A stretch of DNA of 12,597 nt from Candidatus Micrarchaeota archaeon (GTDB taxonomy: Archaea > Micrarchaeota > Micrarchaeia > Anstonellales > Bilamarchaeaceae), in assembly GCA_018304385.1 (NCBI GenBank), contig JAGVWJ010000062.1:1-12597 (forward strand). Direction: 5' to 3'. How positions within the stretch are numbered: position 1 is the first letter of the stretch; every line of letters starts with the position of its first letter. Below, piece by piece: positions 1 through 5,579 of the stretch. Both the position numbers and the translations under genes were made by a program. The notes below the pieces were generated by a model. The model ran no database searches, had not been told where the DNA came from, and saw only the letters and a list, made by a program, of their open reading frames with translations.

Positions 1-509
1 ATGTATCATCCAAGTCTGGTTTGCCAATAAAATGTTTAACAAAATGTCTTAATGACCGCTTTAACGGATCTCATCTATCAGATCAGCTCTATCAAAAAAT
101 ATCAGAAATAAAGGAAAAAAAGAGGTTAGAGGGCTTAGAGCAAAAATACGTGTCTCAAAAATTAGAGAATGTAACTGATTTTAATGAAATGAGTGGCCAT
201 CAGTTCGAAGATTACCTACAAGAATATTTTTCTAATAAAGGCTACCATGTAAAAAGACCACCTAAAAGTCGAGATCATGGTGCTGACTTGGTTCTTGAAA
301 AATTTAGCCACACCATCGTTGTACAAGCTAAAAACTACTCAGATCCTGTAGGAAATCAAGCAATAAGAGATATTTTTGCGGCCAGAAGTCATTACAAATG
401 TGATGAGGCATGGGTAATTACAACTTCTTCATTTTCCAAAGATGCCCAGATTGCAGCTAGTAAACTAGGAGTAAGATTAATGTGCATGAAGGATCTTGAA
501 AGTTTATAA
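1..509 (+). CDS. Mrr-family (type IV, PD-(D/E)xK) restriction endonuclease domain protein, 5'-truncated
   Basis: Translation has the Mrr_cat pattern: SGHQFEDYLQEYF..GY.V....SRDHGADLVLEK...IVVQAKNY..PVGNQAI...AAR.HY.CD.AWVITTSSFS.DA. The frame is open upstream of the TTG at 21 to the window edge; stop at 507-509. Confidence 0.85.
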   Translation, partial: VSSKSGLPIKCLTKCLNDRFNGSHLSDQLYQKISEIKEKKRLEGLEQKYVSQKLENVTDFNEMSGHQFEDYLQEYFSNKGYHVKRPPKSRDHGADLVLEKFSHTIVVQAKNYSDPVGNQAIRDIFAARSHYKCDEAWVITTSSFSKDAQIAASKLGVRLMCMKDLESL

Positions 510-619
510 TCGGCGTTTATCCTATCCAGATCTTACTAATTTTAAATATTCTCCATGTTTTTTGCCATATCTTCTTACCGTATTATAAATTTTTACAATT
601 ACTTATAGTTGACGGTATC

Positions 620-1456
620 ATGTACCCTAAAATATTTATTGAACAGTTTTGGAATGGTGGGATCCAAAGAGCGGATGAACCAATCAGAAGGAACGATCTA
701 TTTGTTTGTATGCCATTTAGCAAATCAGATACAGATGAGTTCAGTCAAAAATATAAAATTATTCAAGAAGTTGGAGGGAAAGTCCAGCTCGAAGTTAATC
801 GAGCGGATACGCGTCATGACGCTCATATTAAAGAAGACAGAATATGGGATGGCATTGCAAATTCCAGAATACTTCTCTTTGATCTTTCAGATGAACCTCG
901 GATTAAAGGTAGCTCATCAGAAGAGAAAAATTCTCTTGCAAATCAAAATGTTTGTTTTGAACTTGGTTTTGCTACAGTCATTCGTGAATCAGAGGATATC
1001 CTAATTATATATAAGAAATCAGATAAATCAAAACTTCCCTTTAATATTGATCATTTTAATCGTTTTGAATATTCAAATGATAATGAACTAAAAAAACAAC
1101 TGAAAAAAAAGCTAAAAGACATGCTTAAACAGCAAGATTGGTCAAAAAGTCGTTTTGTTAAGTACACTACAAATTTGCTTGATATGGGTTGCTTCTGTCT
1201 TATCAATTATTTAACAAATCATCCAAACCATAAAGATAAACCAGATTATCCTTACAACTTCTTTAAGATAACCCACGATCTGATCAAAGCTATAGAAAAT
1301 AAAGGAGGCAATGCCCATACTTCTGTCTTGAGGTTATTAGAACTTGGATTAATTTGGACCAATCACGACTTTAAAAAAAATAATGAATTAGAACTTAAAT
1401 ATTATTGGACAAATTTCGGTAAAGCAATATCTCGTCATGTAAAGAAGCAAAGTTAA
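620..1456 (+). CDS. Nucleoside 2-deoxyribosyltransferase-like / TIR-like (flavodoxin-fold) protein with probable C-terminal winged helix
   Basis: 278-aa ORF with FVCMPFS...RAD...I...IWDGIANSRILLFDLS...NQNVCFELGFA, matching the NDT-like NPNV.YELG.A motif including the Glu. The C-terminal LRLLELGLI...YYWTNFGK resembles a wHTH helix and wing. Confidence 0.65.
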   Translation: MYPKIFIEQFWNGGIQRADEPIRRNDLFVCMPFSKSDTDEFSQKYKIIQEVGGKVQLEVNRADTRHDAHIKEDRIWDGIANSRILLFDLSDEPRIKGSSSEEKNSLANQNVCFELGFATVIRESEDILIIYKKSDKSKLPFNIDHFNRFEYSNDNELKKQLKKKLKDMLKQQDWSKSRFVKYTTNLLDMGCFCLINYLTNHPNHKDKPDYPYNFFKITHDLIKAIENKGGNAHTSVLRLLELGLIWTNHDFKKNNELELKYYWTNFGKAISRHVKKQS

Positions 1457-1725
1457 GTAACTGTCGCTTCGTTCTCTCCTTTCAGTCGTGCTCATTTTAT
1501 TCCTTTCCCCATCGCTCAACCAGAAAAGCACTTAAAGCTCAAGCCTTCGGTTCGCTCCAGAGCGAAAGCATTTAATGTGCATTTTCGGTTTCGCTTTCTG
1601 GGTCGCTAAAGCTAAAGGCAATAAAAATCGCACCGAACTCGCTCCTTTTCTTTTGCATTACTAACTAAACCTAACTTTGCTCTCTTAACTAAAAAGTAGC
1701 AGAGCAAAGTTCGGAGGTTGATAAA
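1457..1725 (+). other. Structured intergenic segment (possible ncRNA or 5' leader)
   Basis: Irregular long stem 1518-1538/1568-1590 enclosing hairpin TTCGCT-CCAG-AGCGAA (1551-1566). Perfect 11-bp inverted repeat AACTTTGCTCT (1673-1683)/AGAGCAAAGTT (1701-1711). Alternative pair CCGAACT (1633-1639)/AGTTCGG (1708-1714) reaches into SD GGAGGT (1713-1718). Confidence 0.5.
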
Positions 1726-1830
1726 ATGAAAATAGAAATAGTAAAGTTAATAGAATTTGATGGCGAAGACATCAATGGAGAAGGTCGTAAGTGGGGTGAA
1801 AGAGATGACACAGAATTTCAAAAATCTTAA
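1726..1830 (+). CDS. Small hypothetical protein, 34 aa (MKIEIVKLIEFDGEDINGEGRKWGERDDTEFQKS)
   Basis: Strong SD GGAGGT 7 nt upstream of ATG 1726; TAA at 1828-1830; overlaps the start of the next gene and contains its SD. Below the ORF-track length cutoff. Confidence 0.5.
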   Translation: MKIEIVKLIEFDGEDINGEGRKWGERDDTEFQKS

Positions 1831-2179
1831 AGTTTATGAAGAAGCTTTCAGGTTGTCAAGAGATCTGTATTTGTTCTTTGAAGACAAAAAGACAACAATA
1901 AGGGCAAAGGAGCAGTTACTTGCTTCTGCATCTTCAATATGTGCAAATCTTGCAGAGATGGCAGCCTTTGAATCTAAACCGCAACAAAAACAGAAACTTA
2001 CAACTTGCATTGGAGAAGCTAATGAAACAGAATTTTGGTTAGACATGATGCAAGAGCTTAAAGTTCTGCCTCAAAGAGAGCATTTGGATTTTATGAACAG
2101 GCTTGTGAAGATTAGGAGCATGTTGTTTAATCTGAAGAAAACTATTCAAGAAAATGAAAAGGGTGATGAGGTTATGTGA
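1805..2179 (+). CDS. Four-helix-bundle protein (23S rRNA intervening-sequence protein / Avd-like family)
   Basis: MTQNFKNLKVYEEAFRL...L....EQLLASASSICANLAE...IGEANETEFWLDM matches the family F.DL.VW..A...Q..RSA.SI.ANIAEG...GE..E...WL pattern. ATG 1805 is preferred over 1757 because of SD GGGGTGA at 1793-1799. Confidence 0.85.
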   Translation: MTQNFKNLKVYEEAFRLSRDLYLFFEDKKTTIRAKEQLLASASSICANLAEMAAFESKPQQKQKLTTCIGEANETEFWLDMMQELKVLPQREHLDFMNRLVKIRSMLFNLKKTIQENEKGDEVM

Positions 2180-2230
2180 AATTTATAAAAAATAGATATA
2201 TTTATATACTTTTATAGTATAAATATAACT

Positions 2231-2500
2231 ATGCAAACACAACAAATGCAGATAATGCATTCTCCAACATTAAATACGGTACTAATGGTAGAGCGGACAC
2301 TACAAGAAGCTAAGGAAATTATAAAAATTTCAGAAATAAAGAGAAGACTACCAAAAAAAGTTATGCATAATACCTTACTGCAAATACTTGATTACCTCCA
2401 GCAGAGTGGTAAAATTCTTATTACTACTAAAGGAGTGGTCTGGATATATCGACCACCTGCTGAACTAGAGAAACTTAAAGAAGGCGGGTTAGAAATATGA
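2231..2500 (+). CDS. Small winged-helix DNA-binding protein, probable antitoxin
   Basis: 89 aa, HSPTLNTVLMVERTL...LPKKVMHNTLLQILDYLQQSGKILIT..GVVWI has a wHTH-like layout; ATGA overlap (2497-2500) with the downstream RelE-like gene. Confidence 0.6.
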   Translation: MQTQQMQIMHSPTLNTVLMVERTLQEAKEIIKISEIKRRLPKKVMHNTLLQILDYLQQSGKILITTKGVVWIYRPPAELEKLKEGGLEI

Positions 2501-2862
2501 GAGACAGCAGATCAGTAAGAATAATTTTGAAAGACCAGGCCAAAGTAGAATTTGAAGAGCTTAATCGAATTGTTGGTGAGCAACAGGCAAAAGGAGAAAC
2601 GAACTCTGAAGAAATGCAAATTTTGAAATCAATTAAGCAAAAATCTGAAATTCTAAAAATAAATCCAACCTATGGAGATAAGATTCCACATAAACAAATT
2701 CCTAGAACTTTGAATGTGTCAAATTTATTCAGAGTTGAACTAACAAATTACTGGAGAATGATTTATACATTAGATGGTAATAATATTGAAGTTATTGCAT
2801 TTATTTTATATATTTTTGATCATCCAACTTACAATAAATTATTCGGCTATAGAAAAAGATAA
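2497..2862 (+). CDS. RelE/ParE-superfamily toxin-like protein
   Basis: 121 aa with N-terminal VRIIL strand and C-terminal LFRVELTNYWRMIYTL...VIAFILYIFDHPTY, RelE-like (cf. YRLRVGDYRIIY); translationally coupled to the upstream wHTH gene. Confidence 0.65.
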   Translation: MRDSRSVRIILKDQAKVEFEELNRIVGEQQAKGETNSEEMQILKSIKQKSEILKINPTYGDKIPHKQIPRTLNVSNLFRVELTNYWRMIYTLDGNNIEVIAFILYIFDHPTYNKLFGYRKR

Positions 2863-2879
2863 CCACGAGGTGAAACTAT

Positions 2880-3056
2880 ATGCCCAAAACCATATCTAGA
2901 TCGCAGCAACTGCAAAACGCTAAACTCAGAACGCAAAACCACGAGACTCACGATGCTAAACCCAAGACGCTAGACACTAGACTCAAGACAATTCCTTTCC
3001 ACGGGCCCAATTCTTTCTTTATTGTTTCCAGTGTTGGGTGTTCGGTGTCTAGTTAG
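2880..3056 (+). CDS. Possible 58-aa ORF spanning the heptamer repeats (MPKTISRSQQLQNAKLRTQNHETHDAKPKTLDTRLKTIPFHGPNSFFIVSSVGCSVSS)
   Basis: Consensus SD GAGGTGA (2867-2873), ATG 2880, in-frame TAG 3054-3056. No recognisable homology; may not be coding. Confidence 0.3.
   Translation: MPKTISRSQQLQNAKLRTQNHETHDAKPKTLDTRLKTIPFHGPNSFFIVSSVGCSVSS
2913..3052. repeat. Degenerate 7-bp tandem repeat array with downstream inverted copies
   Basis: 2913-2990: CAAAACG CTAAACT CAGAACG CAAAACC (A) CGAGACT CACGATG CTAAACC CAAGACG CTAGACA CTAGACT CAAGACA. 3032-3052: TGTTGGG TGTTCGG TGTCTAG, whose reverse complements are CCCAACA, CCGAACA, CTAGACA. Confidence 0.75.
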
Positions 3057-3117
3057 TTGTTGTACGTATCTTAGCATGTGACAAATCTTTTTAAAACAGT
3101 ATCTATAACATCTAATT

Positions 3118-5442
3118 ATGCTACGCATTAAATACCGCCATAGAAGATATCCTACATCGGAAAGCCCGAGAGCAGAGCTTCTAGCTATGCTAAGGCGTAG
3201 GTCTACACCAGATCCCAAACAAGCAGAAACAAGAAAACCAAGTGGTATAGATATCTCTGGATCAGAATGGAAAAGATATCTTGTTGCACCAGATGTGCCG
3301 CGGGTAAAAGACCTACCAAAAATAACTGAGCAAAAAAAACCTCCTAAAGATAAAATTGCAGATAATATTTTAACATCTATTCAACGAATTTGGTCAGAAG
3401 CATGGTCAAGAATTAATGTAGCTCAAAATGAAAGTATTGTTAATGCGTTAGGTAGATTAGAAAGAGAATTAGCAGACTTAGAAGATCACTATTCTAACGA
3501 AATAACCGAAGCAGATGCAGTTCAACTCGCAACAAAGATTAAGGAACTGCTAGATGCAATAAGAGAGCGCAATACTGATTTTCCATCTCTATTATTTTCA
3601 GAACTAATCGCATGGAATGATTTAGAAAATAGAAGAAGAATATTAGAAAAACAAATAGCGGAAAAGCTTGAAACTTTAACTCAGCTAGAAACAGATCTTA
3701 ATACTCGTACTGTTGAGTCCCAAGATCTAATAACCAGTGCAGTTGATGCGGATAGATCTAGATATTGGATATCTTCGCGAGCTGTTTTTGATACGTTGCA
3801 ATGGTATCGAAAACTAGGTGCAGGTTGGAAGTACTTACAGTTGCGTCTTGGGAACGGACCATTTGGTAGATATGCGCGCAAGGCAATTTTTTCCTCAAAG
3901 GGTTTGGCAAGTACTTATGAACCTGAGTTTGAAAGGGAACGCGCTATTTATGAAAAACTCCTAGCAGAACATGGGCAGGTTGTTGAAGCTGCTCGTGCAT
4001 ATACCTCTATTTCAGATGAACTTAGATCATGGCAAGATGTTAATTACTATTGGGCAAAGTTAGAAAGAAAAAGCACGAGATTGAAAGATGATGATAATAA
4101 AATTCTACAAAGATGCTTTTTGAAAGTTAAGAACCTAAGTGGTGAAGGTAGCGAAGGTAAATGTGAAATAAAACAAAGACTAAACCTATTGATTAGGGCG
4201 GTAAGTGAATACAGGGACATTCAAGAAAAGAAGATGCGCATAATGCGAAATGCAGAAGGAATAGCAGTTGCATATAATCTAGACAGAGCAGTAAGACCTG
4301 CAACAGATAGCGTAATTTCAGAGGAAATAAATGAAATTGAAGATGAAGCAAGGAAAATAAGGAAGCAAACACATAGCCTGCGCGCAGCCAGGGTAGAGTT
4401 GCAAATATCCGATTTAATTGCATGGTCAAGGAGTTGCGATGATATTTGTGCTACTTTGGTTAGGATGCAAGACAGTGGGACGTCTGAAAGATTGCGCATG
4501 GATGTTTATTTATTATTGGAACTAGCTGCTATTGGTAAAGAACTTGGTAATGGGTTTGGTCCTGCTACATTAGAACGTTTGCGATCAATCATCTACTCTA
4601 ATTCATTGAATATCCAATCACCAAACGATTTAGAAAGTGCTGCGCATGCATTAGAGGACATAAAAAGAAGATTCAATATTCCAAAAAGAGTTGATGTTTT
4701 TGATCGTCTTGCAGATGCGGATGGTTTACCAGTTAGTGATCGTGCTTTGGTTAGATGGCATCAAGCATGTCTTGGAGTTCCAGAAACATTTAAGGGTCTG
4801 GAAATTCCTCGTGGTACAGAATTAATACGATGGAAAAATTCTATGCAGGAGCATACATTCTATGGATTTTATGCAATGGTGAACGAATGGATAGATAATA
4901 GTAGGATAGAAATAGGAAATGCGCTCTTAACGAGCAGAATGGAGAGAAAACTCGAGGATCATGTTTACAAACATGTTCATGGGACGCTATTTGAAGGCAG
5001 TGGTGAATTCGGCAGAAATGGTAGTGTAATAACTATTAGAGAAGAAGTGCGTGTTCTAGAAGCAATGAGAAGAAATTCTTCCAGTATGCTTTATGAGCCA
5101 CGCCTTAAAGCAGAATATGACCACAGGTTAAAAAATGCGAGATGCATGGAACCATTTGAAAATGGAGATCTGGAGAGGGATATGAAGTTTTATTTATATG
5201 CAACATTGCTGGCAACTGAACAAGGATATCCATTTGTAAGGATACATCACTTGAAAAGAGAAGGTTATACTATTCCAGAGCTAATATTTCTACTTCCATT
5301 AAATGATAACTATGTTTTATGTACTATATACTATGCTGATACTTTGGATTGGTCCACAACATTCATAACCAAATGGCCTATACTTGCTGAGAAATCTCAG
5401 TTTCTTGCTCCGCTAAGGGAATCGGTTTTTAGTTCTAGGTAA
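3118..5442 (+). CDS. Large hypothetical protein, 774 aa (basic/disordered N-terminus, helical coiled-coil-like middle, globular C-terminus)
   Basis: Long uninterrupted ORF; L/E/R-rich helical segments; no family I can recognise with confidence. Confidence 0.8.
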   Translation: MLRIKYRHRRYPTSESPRAELLAMLRRRSTPDPKQAETRKPSGIDISGSEWKRYLVAPDVPRVKDLPKITEQKKPPKDKIADNILTSIQRIWSEAWSRINVAQNESIVNALGRLERELADLEDHYSNEITEADAVQLATKIKELLDAIRERNTDFPSLLFSELIAWNDLENRRRILEKQIAEKLETLTQLETDLNTRTVESQDLITSAVDADRSRYWISSRAVFDTLQWYRKLGAGWKYLQLRLGNGPFGRYARKAIFSSKGLASTYEPEFERERAIYEKLLAEHGQVVEAARAYTSISDELRSWQDVNYYWAKLERKSTRLKDDDNKILQRCFLKVKNLSGEGSEGKCEIKQRLNLLIRAVSEYRDIQEKKMRIMRNAEGIAVAYNLDRAVRPATDSVISEEINEIEDEARKIRKQTHSLRAARVELQISDLIAWSRSCDDICATLVRMQDSGTSERLRMDVYLLLELAAIGKELGNGFGPATLERLRSIIYSNSLNIQSPNDLESAAHALEDIKRRFNIPKRVDVFDRLADADGLPVSDRALVRWHQACLGVPETFKGLEIPRGTELIRWKNSMQEHTFYGFYAMVNEWIDNSRIEIGNALLTSRMERKLEDHVYKHVHGTLFEGSGEFGRNGSVITIREEVRVLEAMRRNSSSMLYEPRLKAEYDHRLKNARCMEPFENGDLERDMKFYLYATLLATEQGYPFVRIHHLKREGYTIPELIFLLPLNDNYVLCTIYYADTLDWSTTFITKWPILAEKSQFLAPLRESVFSSR

Positions 5443-5579
5443 TTTTTCTAAAAGCTTTAAATATTTGTTGGGGTAACGCCAATTCTGATCCTTTTAAAAG
5501 AAAATAATTACTTTATAAAGAAACCCATTATCGCTATTTTAAAATAATATATGTTATTTATAGATATCAAGTGACATTT

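Noticed and set aside
523-603. Short minus-strand open stretch (VIVKIYNTVRRYGKKHGEYLKLVRSG) as a gene remnant
   Set aside because: Only 26 codons, no start codon or SD, and no recognisable motif.
609-1004. 131-aa ORF from the ORF track
   Set aside because: Off-frame shadow of the 620-1456 gene, which carries the recognisable motifs.
1446-1711. 9-bp direct repeat AGCAAAGTT (1446-1454, 1703-1711) as a target-site duplication of a MITE
   Set aside because: The enclosed segment has no terminal inverted repeats, and the second copy is already explained as a hairpin arm; a 9-mer match in AT-rich DNA is weak.
2161-2179. SD-like GGGTGA/GAGGT before ATG-TGA at the end of the four-helix-bundle gene, as the relic start of a deleted gene
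   Set aside because: The ATG is simply the last in-frame codon of that gene, and there is no independent sign of a junction.
2913-3052. CRISPR array
   Set aside because: Units are 7 bp, degenerate and contiguous, with no spacers and no cas genes.
2970-3218. 82-aa minus-strand ORF
   Set aside because: Antisense to the repeat arm and the start of the 774-aa gene; no SD or motif.
3681-4499. Minus-strand ORFs 3681-3881, 4193-4429 and 4221-4499
   Set aside because: Antisense shadows within the long plus-strand ORF. The same applies to 1834-2046, 6779-6979, 7907-8125, 10413-10625, 11151-11468, 11652-11840 and 12076-12297, and to off-frame 7555-7848.
1457-5442. Complete diversity-generating retroelement, suggested by the Avd-like gene
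   Set aside because: No reverse transcriptase in the window, and by eye no template/variable repeat pair differing at adenines.
5468-5482. Small hairpin TTGGG-GTAA-CGCCAA upstream of alaS as a regulatory RNA
   Set aside because: Only 4-5 bp with a bulge; too short to distinguish from chance.
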